From contig OZ024740.1 of assembly GCA_964016885.1 (NCBI GenBank), positions 402,752,001-402,816,000 of the forward strand: a stretch of DNA of 64,000 bases, written 5' to 3'. Shown one piece after another: positions 15,801 to 28,552 of this stretch (position 1 is the stretch's first letter; every line of letters starts with the position of its first letter). The notes beneath the pieces are model-generated. The model made no database searches. It saw only the letters and a program-made list of their open reading frames with translations, and had not been told where the DNA came from. The position numbers and the translations under genes were made by a program. The DNA is from Eledone cirrhosa (taxonomy: Eukaryota).

Positions 15801-16384
15801 GGCCTCTTGGAGGAGAATTTTCTATGTTCAAATCCCATGTTTATTCGTCACCTTTACATACAAACATGTATGTATGGATTTCATGAATTTAATATTGTAT
15901 GGATGGCAGTAGGCCTGAGAATCTATTCTCTGCTAAAATTCTCCAAACGTTATAGATTCTCATAACCGAGGCCCAGCTCCTGGTCTTCCAGCGGCGGAAA
16001 TCTAGGGAAAAGCCAAGGGCAAAAACCAAACGCGTTCTGCTGGTACCTTTTAAAATACTCATGATAGACAGAACTTCTTAGCGTTGGGTGGCTCTTTTTA
16101 AAACCGGGTTAGATGGAGATCCCTAGTCATAATTGTGATAACCCATCTGTGTGTGGTGACTCAGAAATACCGCTGGTGTGTTCACTGGGGTTAAAGGATT
16201 TCGAGATTTTGCTCGGACATTCTACTAACAAGGGGAATTCTTACATGAAACCGATGGTTTTCGTGATCATCATGCTAAGGCTTGTTATCAGATAATAATC
16301 ACTGCGACTTTCAGAGTGGCTCACGTTTTGTACAAGAACTTATCACTATAATCCATGATGACATAGTAACATGGCCGCCATCAA

Positions 16385-16495
16385 AACATCAAATTCATTG
16401 TAAAGCTCGGGTGGAAGAGCAGCCAAATTATTGAGGCTCTGGAGCAGATTTATGGGGACAATGCTCCAAAGAAATCAACAACCTATGAGAATTGA
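16385..16495 (+). pseudogene. mariner transposase N-terminal fragment (Hsmar2/irritans-like)
   Basis: Translates NIKFIVKLGWKSSQIIEALEQIYGDNAPKKSTTYE, closely resembling the recalled Hsmar2 N-terminus NIKFMVKLGWKNGEITDALRKVYGDNAPKKS. Confidence 0.8.
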
Positions 16496-16782
16496 ATAGG
16501 AATTGTTAGAATATCTGGACTCTTAGTCACTACTGTATTTAGATATGTATTGTGTATTGTGTACACGCGTTCCGCGGGGGATTGGTTCAGGTTTAGCCAT
16601 AGAGGTTAAGGACCCGACTCTATTATCGAGCTACTCTTCAGACTGGTTGGCCGGCAAAAAATATAGATATATATATTTATAGAATGTTAGATAAAAAGCT
16701 AAATAGATAGATGTGACTGTTCATTTATGCATGTGTGAGAATAAATGAATATATGTGTGTGTGTTTGTGAGTGTGTGGGGGG

Positions 16783-16822
<40 letters not shown>

Positions 16823-18529
16823 ATTTCCAAAGAGCATATTAAACTAAAAAGGAAAGAAAAAATATCATTCATTCTTATGTCTCTACTACAAATGCTCATA
16901 CGCTCAGATACAACCATACTGGAACAGACAACACGTACACAGGGAAAATAAAAGATAGGTGTTTGAAGGATTGGGAGAAAGAGATAAATAGATTGACACG
17001 GAGAGAGAGAGAAACAGAAAGAGGGAGAGAGAGAGGACGTGGAAATTCTGAGTGATGCGGGCTCACGCGTACACACCGACACATGTGATTTAATAGCCAG
17101 GTGCAGAATATAAAACCTGAAGTTCACAACTATTTTCAATGAATAAAGACTCAATAATTTATAATAACTTTCAAAATGACAAAGCTCTGACGGATATTCC
17201 TCTTGATTCTAATCAATGATTTAACATCTATTTTCATCATATAAATGTGTGTGTGTGTGCGTGCGTGTGCGTGTGTGCGCGCGCGCGTGTGTGTGTGTTT
17301 CTGTGTGTTAGAGGGCTTTTGTATGTTTATATGTATGTATGTTTGTATGTATTCTGAGAGGCCCTTGACCTAAGAATACGGATATAAACAGTCACAGACC
17401 AAACCATGGGAAGCCTTTTGGCCAGCTCTAGTATCAGGGAGCCACCCTTCCATATGTACCGTGGAACCATGTGTTTGCCGCATTGGAGGATTGTAAAAAA
17501 CCTCAGAAGAATTCAAGTTAGAATTAATGACACATGTCAATTGAAGAACCACTTTGCTCAGCGGACAGCTTCACAAAGTTTAATCAACCAACTACTACAA
17601 CTCATCTTCTGGTGTAGCGTCCGCAGATGAGAAAAAGAATTCCACTAGGAGTGAAGGACCCGAGCCATTGTTACAGCATTTTTCTAAGAGAGAGAACCTG
17701 AAATGAAATCTGCGGTTTACGCGATTGCCTGTCATCTTGGTTTGGCTTGACATCAGATAATAGTCACTGAGATGTAGAGACTGTACTCATGTCATATAGG
17801 CGTTCAGCATTATAATCCAATGATGTACAGAAGTCTCTTTTAAGACGTTCTCGTCTGACATTCTTGCTGTTTAAATTACAAAAGCGGCTGGAGTCTTAAC
17901 TTTATATCGTTGTTGTGTCTTCCTGTGATATAGACTAACTCCGATCGAGGCTCTTGTGTCTGAGTAACTATTATGGAGAGCACTTCTTACCAAATGTGTT
18001 CGAAAAGGTGCACTGAGCATTACTTGTCACACCAACACTGGTAATGGTAGCTCATGACAACAGAGGCAGAAAAGATGGTAGAAAGCTAAATTAATTACAA
18101 ACGAGCAAGTTAAACTTTTGTTGTTGGGACGTTAGATCTATTCTTTTTAAGTGAAATGTTTTCGATGTGCACTATACATGTGGCATGTATGTATGATAAA
18201 TATAAACACGTTAGGTTATTTTTTCCAATCATTATTATTATTTTTCCTATATATAAACATATATAAAGGATCTTTAGAACATTCACAAAAAGTGATGTTA
18301 GCAAAACCTGCTTTACGCTTACATGCCACACTTGTTCGTGACATCGACTGCGCCTGGTAACAAATCGGAATAATTCCCAGTACTGTGATTTGACAAGTGG
18401 TGGCACTGCTAAGAAAGGACATGGAAAAAGGGGGGACTATATACATAATTTAGAGCCCATAATTCTGCTAAATGCAGGGTTTAAAAATTTCGCTATGGTG
18501 TTAGCGACCAGATTAGCGCTTGTCGTCGG

Positions 18530-19720
18530 TGGTCTGAAAGGAGATCAGTTAAATTTCCTCAGAGTAAGGTTTTGTCTAGACCTCCATACGGATAAAAACT
18601 GGGATGAGGTAACGACCAGGGTGGCAACACTCACCTAGAAATGGGCCGAATGAAAGCTATCACTGAAACCTTGGGCAGAAACGGTAAACGCGTGCATCGT
18701 GTCCGTCATCTACAGCCACCTAACTCTCGTAACATGTCCTGGATCACGTCTGGCTGAACTGGAATGATTTCTCTTTCGCTTTCTCTGCAAGGGACAAGTT
18801 CCCGTGGTCAGGCAGATCATTTGTTTTCAAAAGTCACTCCTGAGAGAACTGGGAATGTCGTAGCTGATGATGCGCAAACATGTACTTATGCTACGACATC
18901 TCCAATTTTTTCTTGATGGTGAACAGGTGCAGCTACCATTACCTAGACGTGTTTTCCCCACCAGGCGTCACATTGATGGAGCTACTGTCCCGAGTCAAGC
19001 CAAGACCGAAAGGGGTCGGTTGGAAACTGAAATATTTTTAAGCGCTCGCGGCCCTTTGTTAATCGAACAGTACAAACAGTGAAAACTCCACCTTGGTTTT
19101 CTATAGGTGATTAGTGATGATTAAAAATGATGACGTTGTTGATGAAATTTTGGGCGTCGACAAAAACCTACTAGGTTATCTTTTCCGATTAACCTTCGAT
19201 CCAGGGCCCATGTATAACTTCCAGAAATCCTTGATCAGGCAATACTACCGGGGAGCATTAACAGTTCGAGATAAACTCTACAGGTATGGAGAGGGGCGCA
19301 GGGCGACGAAACAGTCATACCCGAACTCGTCGTGTGTCGGAGTATTGCTGACTTGTGGGTTTCTGTCAAACACCTGCTGTCGTTGGTAGAACCGATACGG
19401 CTATCAGTTGAGTCCATCGTGAAAATCACCCCGTCACTTCTGTTTAGCTGGGAAGGACAGACAGTTTTTTTATTTGCCTGGTGGCCATTGCGAAAGATCT
19501 GTAGTGGATACATTGAAAAGTGCTGAAAACAAGCAGTTTCCCCTTATCTTTTTCAGTTTGCAATTGAAGAGGAAAATGAGAGTAGAAAGAAAAGCGTTCC
19601 TTTCCATCCAGTTTGAACAATTGGGAGAGGATACTACCCCTTACGATCAGGGTGACAGTAACCTTTTGTTAGCATTCGCTATGGTTGATACAGAGAGGTC
19701 TCCCTCCATTGAGGAATTTA
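18530..19720 (+). pseudogene. L1/Tx1-clade LINE ORF2 3' part (post-RT region plus zf-RVT), degenerate
   Basis: Successive frames give DKNWDEVTTRVATLT*KWAE*KLSLK, FRFLCKGQVPVVR, FQKSLIRQYYRGALTVRDKLYRYG and DETV....VCRSIADLW, which are typical L1/Tx1 motifs; stops and frameshifts present. Confidence 0.75.
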
Positions 19721-19836
19721 GTTGTTGTTTTGTTCTGTTGTTGCTATTGCTGAGTTTAATGTTCTTACTACTACGATTACTATTTTAAAGGGGGCATTAT
19801 ATATGAAAGAAACAGTGTAAAATATGAATAATAATG

Positions 19837-19877
<41 letters not shown>

Positions 19878-20308
19878 TATTATTATCATCATTGTTAAAA
19901 TCATGACTGTCATCAGCATCAGCAATGCCATCATCTATTTTGCTACAAAACTCATATTTATACATATTCGTCTAAATGCATGCGTATGTACGTGTGTGTT
20001 TTAATGCTAGTGCGTGCACATTTTTGCATATGTGAATATGAATGTTCGTATGCCTTTGTGCATGAGTTAGTGTGAATAATTTATGTACGAGTTCGATGTT
20101 TCAAAATATATGTGTGGATACTCTCATATATGTTTGTGCACTTGTTCGAAAATACATGAAGACAATCAATCAGATATGACACAGGGGCCATAGGCAACGG
20201 AAGCACACATCTATTATGGATTTCAACGTTTTACTGTTCCTCATACATTTAAAAGCGTAATTCATACATATACACGCAAACATTTATGTTTATGCATCTG
20301 TCAACGCA

Positions 20309-20369
<61 letters not shown>

Positions 20370-20811
20370 TATATATATATATAAATATATATATACATAT
20401 TGCAGTTCTTCAAATCAAATAAATTCTTGAGATACTCTACTCAATCTAAAGGAACGTGTTAAAGGAAACAAACAAAAAGACGGTTGATAATTTTAATCGA
20501 TTTTAAAGCTAGTTTGTAAATGAACAAGAATGTTTTGTGGAATCCTGTGATATACTTGTGGGAACATTATGTTGTAATGAGAGAAACGAGCTTTAAAATA
20601 ATATACCGCATAAAAAAAATAATATATATGTCATTTTGTGATATATTTTACTCTTTACTAGTTCAACGACTGAAATTAATACATTAACTTTATATTCTAC
20701 AACTAAATATCGTTTCTTTTGATTATACAATATAAAAGAGACATCTTACTTGGTTGGCTGGTTGGCTGGTTGGTTGGTTGGTTGGATGGTTTAATCACAC
20801 GAACATTACAC

Positions 20812-20938
<127 letters not shown>

Positions 20939-20984
20939 AAGAGAAAGATACTAGAGAGAGAGGCAGAGAGATATACCATCAGAC

Positions 20985-22270
20985 GTAAGCTGATAAGATT
21001 ATTTCGTCAGTCAGAGAAAGAAGTGGAGGAATTTTCTTTCTTGATGCTCCTGCTGGCTCAGGTAAACCATTTGTAACAACATTGCTTTTCTCCAAGGTAA
21101 AACAGAATTGCAGTTGTTGTAGCATCGTCTGGCATTGCTGCTATCCTTCCCCCATGAGGATGAACAGCTAATTCTGCTTTTAAATTACCGCTAAACCTGG
21201 TCACAAATGACAGTCCAATTTGTAACATAAGCACAGGTTCAGGTTCAGCAGAAGTGTTACGCCAATGTCATCTGATCTTTTGGGATGAATGCACCATGTC
21301 ACATAGAGGTGCAATGGAAGCTCTTGATAAGACCTTACAGGACATAAGAGGCAAAAATTAATCTATGGGGGAGTTACATTAGTTTTATCAGGAGACTTCA
21401 GACAGATATTACCAGTCATTCCGAAAGGAACAAGAGCGGATGAAATAAGAGATTGCATTAAGTCTTCGTATCTATGAAATAAAGTACAGAAATTCTCCTT
21501 CAATGCTAACACGCAGATTTATTACATGAGGAACAAGGTGCAGCACCGATTTAAGCCGACTCCTCCAATTAGGAAATTGGAAAGTACCAATTGATGTGAA
21601 TGGTGATTTCAATTTGGCTCATATTGCTAACATGGTGAATTCCCCAGCTGAAATGAAGAACAGTTATTTCCAGACTTAAGTAATCATTATAATTCACATA
21701 AATGGTTGTGTGAAAAAACAATTCTTGCTCCAAAAAAATGAATTAATGAATACGATTCCAACAGTTATTAAAGTGTACAAATCAATGTATTCAGTCCTTG
21801 ATGAAAATCAATCTATCCACTACCCAACAGAGTTCCTTAATTCTCTTGAGACACTGGGACTCCTCCACATAAACTTTTTCTGAAGGTAGCAGTCCCAATA
21901 ATGCTTTTAAGAAATGTTGATCCTCCTAAATTATGCAATGGGACTAGGGAGATTGTGAAGACATTATCACCTAATGTGATAGAAGCTACCTTCATCACTG
22001 GATGTGGTTCTGGAAAAGAGGTTTTCATTCCAAGATTTCCAACCAAACCAACAGAGATACCATTTGAGTTCAAACGAACACAAGTTCCAGTGCGATTTTG
22101 CTTCGCAATGTCTATTAATAAAGTTCAAGGTCAGGTTTGTGATCAATTGGCTTGCACTTAATTTAGCCTTGCTTTTCTCATGGACAACTTTATGTTGGTT
22201 GCTCCAAGGTGGGTAGTTTACAAGACTTATTTGTCTATGCTCGAAACGAAATATGTCGTAAGTATCTATA
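20985..22270 (+). pseudogene. Helitron PIF1-like helicase remnant
   Basis: Walker A FLDAPAGSGK, ASSGIAA, FKLPLNL, Walker B IFWDECTM, SGDFRQILPV, YPTEFLNSL, MLLRNVDPPKLCNGTR, FAMSINKVQGQ, FSHGQLYVGCS; multiple stops and frameshifts. Confidence 0.93.
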
Positions 22271-22488
22271 CAAGAGTATAAATACTATATGTGTATTAAC
22301 GATTCTAATTATGATAATGTATATACAAACACTCAATAGTTTTTCATGATTTCCTCAAACACGGTCAATTTCCCTTAATTACAGCACATTTGTTAAGGAA
22401 ATTATCATGGCATAACTTAGAGTACGTAATGAACCGATTTGCACACTAAGTGATGAATTAAGAGATTTTAACAAGTATAGATTATATC

Positions 22489-22905
22489 ACGCCGAGGCTA
22501 ATTTTGCCTTTCATCCTTACGGGGGTCGATAAAATAAAGTACCAGTAATGTACTGGGTAGTTGCTGGCCTTGTGCCTAAAGTAGAAACAATTATATATAT
22601 ATATGATTTGAACTCAGACTGTAAAAGAATGTAACTATATGCGTCAAAGCATGGCGTCCGACCCTCTTATATATAATGCATATAATCTATACTTGTTAAA
22701 ATATCTTAATTCATCGCAGGGTGGTGGATTGGGAGTATCAGTAGAGGGTCTGACGCCATGCTTTGTAGCAAAGAGTTACGGCCCTTTATGGTATGAGTTC
22801 AAATCCCGCCGAGGTTAACTTTGCCTTTCATCCTTACGGGGTCGATAAAATAAAGCACCAGTAATACGCTGGAACAATAGCTGGCCTTGTGCCAAAAGTA
22901 GAAAC

Positions 22906-22908
<3 letters not shown>
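22489..22908. mobile_element. SINE family A cluster: 3' half (+, 22489-22592), 5' half (-, 22605-22666), full copy (+, 22718-22908)
   Basis: Consensus matches on both strands. Confidence 0.85.
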
Positions 22909-22962
<54 letters not shown>

Positions 22963-22965
<3 letters not shown>

Positions 22966-23494
22966 GTAAACGGAATAGAAAATGCTGACAAATTGTTCTC
23001 AACCTTGGCGCAAAACCAATTTTTTATCCACATGACCTCTACCCACCAATCAAAATTGTTTTGACCAAGAATTTTTGCTGGAGCCACTCTTTTAACATTT
23101 TAACATAAAAACAGTGTTGGCGCAAAATCAACTTTTTACATTCACATGACCTCTACCGACCAATCAAAATTGTTTTGACCACAAGCATTTTTGCAACACA
23201 AAAATAACGCTGGAGCCACTTGTTTAACATAAAAACAGGTAGAATTCCCAAAACTAATCAGATCAGAGCAAACAGCACGGAAACTCTATCTCAAAATTAT
23301 TTTTGAAAAGCATTTAGAAATGCGCAACCGGTAAAAACTTAAAAACTTAAAACCACAACTGAATACTAACCCATACAATCACTAATACTCTTTTATTCCT
23401 AATTAAACCATTTTTCAACTGTGAACAATTTGTCAGCATTTTCTATTCCGTTTACCAATATATAACTTGTGTGTTACACCTCTATTCTTTAAAC
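22963..23494 (+). mobile_element. non-coding Penelope-like element with short inverted 5' arm
   Basis: 22963-22998 is the reverse complement of 23424-23459; a ~33-nt unpaired tail follows; (TA)n on both sides. Confidence 0.75.
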
Positions 23495-23537
23495 TATATA
23501 TATATATATATATATATATTGTTATACTTGGGGAGGG

Positions 23538-23568
<31 letters not shown>

Positions 23569-23576
<8 letters not shown>

Positions 23577-24099
23577 GTTTTAGTCTCATTCATTCACAGC
23601 CCCACACTCATCGACACAGTCTCAACCTCCAGCATCAAATCCTCTGCCTCCTTCACTGTATTTGTCACCAAAACTATGTCGTCGGCAAATTCTGCATCTG
23701 ATACCTTTTTCGACTTAACTCTCTTGCTCTGAGCCGGTGCTACAGTTAAGCCAGTGTCCTGGTGTTTCTCCAGTGCAAGGCGCATACAATAGTCCATTAC
23801 GATAATAAAAAAGGGTAGGGAGCCAATGTATCTCCCTGGAGCACTCCAGCCAGTATCTCAAAGAACTCTGTCATCCCATCAGGTGTAATGACTTGGGCTT
23901 TGGTGTTGGTGTCAGGTCCACTATCTTCTTGGGGATTCCATAAGCCTGTAAGATCTTCATCAGGCAATGACGGTCCACAGAATCAAAGGCCTTCCTAAAG
24001 TCAATGAAAACCATGACCGCAGGAAGGCACTTTGCTCTAGCTCCCTCTAATATCCACCTCAGCATCAGGATGTGACTGGTGGTTGATCTTCCCTCTCTG
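23569..24099 (-). pseudogene. RTE-type LINE reverse transcriptase, inverted 5' segment
   Basis: REGRSTTSHI, VFIDFRKAFDSVDR, GVLQGDTLAP, DAEFADDIVL, GL*MNETKTKY. Confidence 0.92.
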
Positions 24100-24715
24100 G
24101 TAGAGAATTTTGAGAAGCTAGAGTGAATCACTAATGTAGCGGGAAGCCGCTAGAATTGGTTGAGGGCTTCCTGTATTTGGGAGCAAAGATTGGGAATACG
24201 GAAGATGATGTGGTTGAGAGGAAGAGCAAAGCGGCGTGCCACAGCTTGAGATCGGTATGGAAGTCGGACCTTCGTAAAGACCTGAAAATCCGCCTCTTCA
24301 TTGCTGTGCTGCTGTACGGGTCTGAGACTTGGACACTGACCAAGAAACTCACTCAGATGGTGGATGGGTGCTACATGAGAATGCTGAGGATGGCTCTGAA
24401 CATTAATCAGTATATACTGAGGATGAAAAACTCAGAGCTGTATGGGAGCCTCCCAAAAGTCAGCTCAAAAGTGACACAGAGGAGACTGAGGTTGGCTGGA
24501 CATGCTCGCCGACATCCAGAGTTGACATTGCACTCAGTGCTCATATGGGAGCCCCTACATTGACACACTGGAAGAGGAAGACCAAGGTTAACGTATGTTG
24601 ATGCCCTAAATACAGACACTGGTCTGTTTGGAGACGCAGGACATGGTAGCGATAATGAGGGACAAAGACCGCTGGAGAGAACTCGTCCATGGATCTCGGG
24701 AATTTTACGCGCCCT

Positions 24716-24716
<1 letters not shown>
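24098..24716 (+). pseudogene. RTE-type LINE 3' segment (thumb/C-terminus)
   Basis: VEGFLYLG, VLLYGSETWTLTKK, RRLRLAGHARRHPE, GRGRPRLTYVD; ends in (TA)n. Confidence 0.92.
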
Positions 24717-24782
<66 letters not shown>

Positions 24783-24786
<4 letters not shown>

Positions 24787-25228
24787 TAAACGGAATAGAA
24801 AATGCTGACAGATTGTTCACAGTTGAAAAATGGTTTAATTAGGAATAAAATAGTATTAGTGATTGTATGGGGTAGTATTCAGTTGTGGTTTTAAGTTTTT
24901 AAGTTTTTACCGGTTGCGCATTTCTAAGTGCTTTTCAAAAATAATTTTGAGATAGAGTGTCCGTGCTGTTTGCTCTGATCTGTTTGCTCAGATCAGAGCA
25001 AACAGCACGGACACTCTATCTCAAAATTATTTTTGAAAAGCATTTAGAAATGCGCAACCGGTAAAAACTTAAAAACTTAAAACCACAACTGAATACTAAC
25101 CCATACAATCACTAATACTCTTTTATTCCTAATTAAACCATTTTTCAACTGTGAACAATTTGTCAGCATTTTCTATTCCGTTTACCAATATATAATAACT
25201 TGTGTGTTACACCTCTATTCTTTTAACT
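24783..25228 (+). mobile_element. ~200-bp-arm fold-back copy of the 22963 element
   Basis: 24783-24980 is a near-perfect reverse complement of 24991-25189; same unpaired tail aacttgtgtgttacacctctattc; (TA)n flanks. Confidence 0.9.
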
Positions 25229-25249
25229 ATATATATATATATATATAAT

Positions 25250-25627
25250 TGGTGTTGGATGCTTAACGTGTCCGTAAGCGGTAGGCCGTATGAGCACTCG
25301 GTGCCCTCATAGAGCAGAGTATGATATCACAGGAAAAAAAGAATCATTGTTGCGACAAAAAATATTTTGGACATATTACAATTGTTTCTCGGGCGACCAG
25401 TTCGAGGCACGATCGATGTGGTGATCAAACCTGACTCTGATATCGCCCTGTCCTCGGATACGTCTCGATTCTACGAAGGAGATTTTCCTATCAAATCAGC
25501 TTCTTAGATTCGAGACGTATCCGAGGATCGCGCGATCGTGCCTCGAGCTGGTCGCCCGAGAAACAATTGTAATATGTCCAATAAATTCCTTCCGTCGCAA
25601 TATTGGTTCTCTTTTTTTTGTGATATA
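25250..25627. mobile_element. fold-back element with hammerhead-like arms in (TA)n
   Basis: 25325-25480 pairs with 25500-25627; the right arm holds gacguau-CCGAGGA-stem-GAAAC aauu GUA-auauguc. Confidence 0.75.
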
Positions 25628-25707
25628 AATATATATATATATATAAGTATGTATACGTACATACATATATGTATACAGACGTACAGTAGTATGTATATAC
25701 ATACATG

Positions 25708-25780
<73 letters not shown>

Positions 25781-25898
25781 GGATGGGTTTACCGAACATT
25801 TATTATAATGCTCGTTTGTTTGTAGACAAACAGCCCGAATTAAGCCGTACGGTGTTCGACAAACATCGTTTCCCTTTTTGTTCAACACTGACAAAGGA

Positions 25899-25941
25899 AC
25901 GACGAACTAGTTTCTAGCTTATTAGCTGTCATCAGCACCGT
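25899..25941 (-). ncRNA. minimal type-I hammerhead ribozyme motif
   Basis: acggug-CUGAUGA-c AGCU aaua AGCU a-GAAAC ua GUU-cgucgu: 6-bp helix I (2 GU), palindromic ACUAGU helix III; lies in a ~170-bp island within (TA)n. Confidence 0.7.
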
Positions 25942-25943
25942 AT

Positions 25944-25988
<45 letters not shown>

Positions 25989-26134
25989 CGTTAGAAGGTA
26001 AGGAGCATACGCCGAAACACTCATGACCCGTTGTAAACAACTGACGAAGGGAAACTGTCCATCTCTTGTTTGTGTCGCCTTACCTTCTAACACTTGTTAT
26101 CAGTAACCACACAGCTTCGCCTCCTTCAATCCAT

Positions 26135-26246
<112 letters not shown>

Positions 26247-26687
26247 GTATAATCGTTTCTATCATAGTCACAATGCTAGAAATGTGTGGATGTGGAAGAA
26301 TTAATTGTTTCGACTCCATCAATTGACTTGTACCTTAACTTATCGACCCGGTAATAGTGAAAGATAACGTTGACCATATCTGTATTCGTTATTGATTTCC
26401 TGTACACATTATTTATTTCAGTTCCATTCAGTCCAAGCTTTATTTTTATACATATATATAGGCATGACAATCGCTTGGTATTCTTGGTATTCTCCGAATA
26501 ATTGCAACTAAGATAATGAATCGAAAAGTTACATCCCGAAAATAACTTTCTCACCTGTTGAATTCCATAATGATATTAACTAGATTCATGCAAATTGTAA
26601 CCAATTTAATATAGTCAATCTCATGCTAATGTAACTGATTAAGAAAGCAATAAAATATAGTCCAGTCACCATCTTATTTGCTAACAT

Positions 26688-27245
26688 TGGATTGGCAGTA
26701 TCGGTAAAGGGTCGGACGTCATGCTTTGACGCATAGAGTTACGGCCCTTTCCATTCTGAGTTCAAATCCCACCGAGGTCAACTTTGCCTTTCATCCTTAC
26801 GGGGTCGATAAAATAAACTACCAGTAATGTACTGAGTAATTGTTGGCCCTGTGCCAAAAGTAGTAACAATTATTTTCTAACAAGCCATGCTTTGCAGCAA
26901 AGAGTTATGGCCTTTTATGATCTGAGTTCAAATCCCGCCGAGGTTAACTTTGTCTTTCATCCTTACGGGGTCGATAAAATAAAGTACCAGTAATACACTG
27001 GATAATTGCTGGCCTTGTGCCAAAAGTAGAAACAATTATTTTCTAACAAGGATTGGCAGTATCAGTAGAGGGTTGGACTCCATGCTTTGCAGCAAAGAGT
27101 TATGGCCTTTTATGATCTGAGTTCAAATCCCGCCGAGGTTAACTTTGCCTTTCATCCTTACGGGGTCGATAAAATAAAGTACCAGTAATACACTGGATAA
27201 TTGCTGGCCTTGTGCCAAAAGTAGAAACAATTATTTTCTAACAAG
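26688..27245 (+). mobile_element. three tandem SINE family A copies
   Basis: 26688-26872, 26885-27038 (5' truncated) and 27050-27232, each followed by attttctaacaag. Confidence 0.92.
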
Positions 27246-28552
27246 TTTTATCTACTAAATGGATAAATTGTTTGAAGAAATTTAATTCACATCAAATGTG
27301 AGAATATTAAACCAGATTCTTAACTTCGATAGTTTTTTATTCATTGAAATGATACGAACATTAATAGGTTGGGACTGTTTTTCATATCTTTATATATTTA
27401 TTTATTTATTCATTTATTTTGGAAACGTTACCTACAACCTCCTGCCATGTTTACACATCTTGAACACGGAAGTTTCCAAAATGATTTATTCATACCAAAT
27501 CAAATGTTACTTCTCGCTACTGTTTTACTGATAATTAAGAAGAGATTCTTATGCAATTAACCGAACCTCTTTTACCAAATTTTTGATAAGAACTTTATTG
27601 TTTTGAAACGTTAGGCAATTATCTAAATTACTCTCTAATGAGGTTGTCTGAAACATACAGTTATCTGTTATTCAATTTGCTGATTTATGCAATTACCCAG
27701 TAATCAACTGCCACAATTAGGCAATTTCTTGGCATACATTTCAGCAGAATCAGGTATTTTTCTTGTACCAGTTACAAAAATAACGTAAACATTTCAAGAT
27801 CAATAGCTGACGTTTCATACCGCAGCTTATGGGATTTGAACTAAAATTCTCTGAAGATGTTTATGTAAGTTTAAACGCCTCAGCTACCCTTAAACAACTC
27901 TAAATGCATGAAAGGTAAATGGTGAGAAATATTTTGCATTCGGTTGTTTTTTGCAATTTTCTGTTGTTTTTGCTATTGCTTCTGCTTTTATTGGAATTGC
28001 TAGAGCTGTTCTCGTTGATAAGTTACATATAACCTCGCGTTAACTAATGAACCGCACAGAATTTGATCTATGGAACATGTATAATCGATGTAAAGTGTTG
28101 GGAATGATCCAATGCAGGGACTATATACTTGTGTTGTTTAATACCTGATCAAGCGGATCAAAGGCATTCCAGCCGTAGCTATCTTACCGTATTCCTATGC
28201 GCAGAGAAAAGAAAATCTCATTATCCATCATGTTCCTTTTGAGGGCGCCATTCCGGGATTTGAGATGGATTTAGCTACCATTACTAACAAGTCGAGGGAC
28301 CACGTACACGCTCTTTCATTCGTTCGTCAATTCAGTTTTATAAGCTTTGAAATGGATATGATATTGAAGACAACGAGTTGAATGTAATAACTTCGTTTTA
28401 GCTTAGATTGTATTAATTAATAATGAATTCATGAGTAGCTATGCGTGTTTGGAGTAGATGAGAAAGACGTTGATTGGTAGTGGAATTTTAATAGTATTCA
28501 GGTATTTTATTGAGTGTATGTGTTTGAAAAGAATTAGACGATTGGTATTTTA

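Noticed and set aside
18860-18892. Hammerhead-like CUGAUGA...CAAACAUGUA
   Set aside because: No GAAA or helix II, and it lies inside LINE coding sequence; chance match.
19474-19788. hAT/Buster-like motif FLSIQF...LLLAF...IEEF.CC
   Set aside because: The catalytic DE(S/T)TD and upstream motifs are missing, and the region is better explained as the 3' end of the L1/Tx1 element.
24783-25189. Fold-backs read as classical MITEs or pre-miRNAs
   Set aside because: Arm length varies within a family, tails are asymmetric and hammerhead remnants are present; several arms are far longer than miRNA hairpins.
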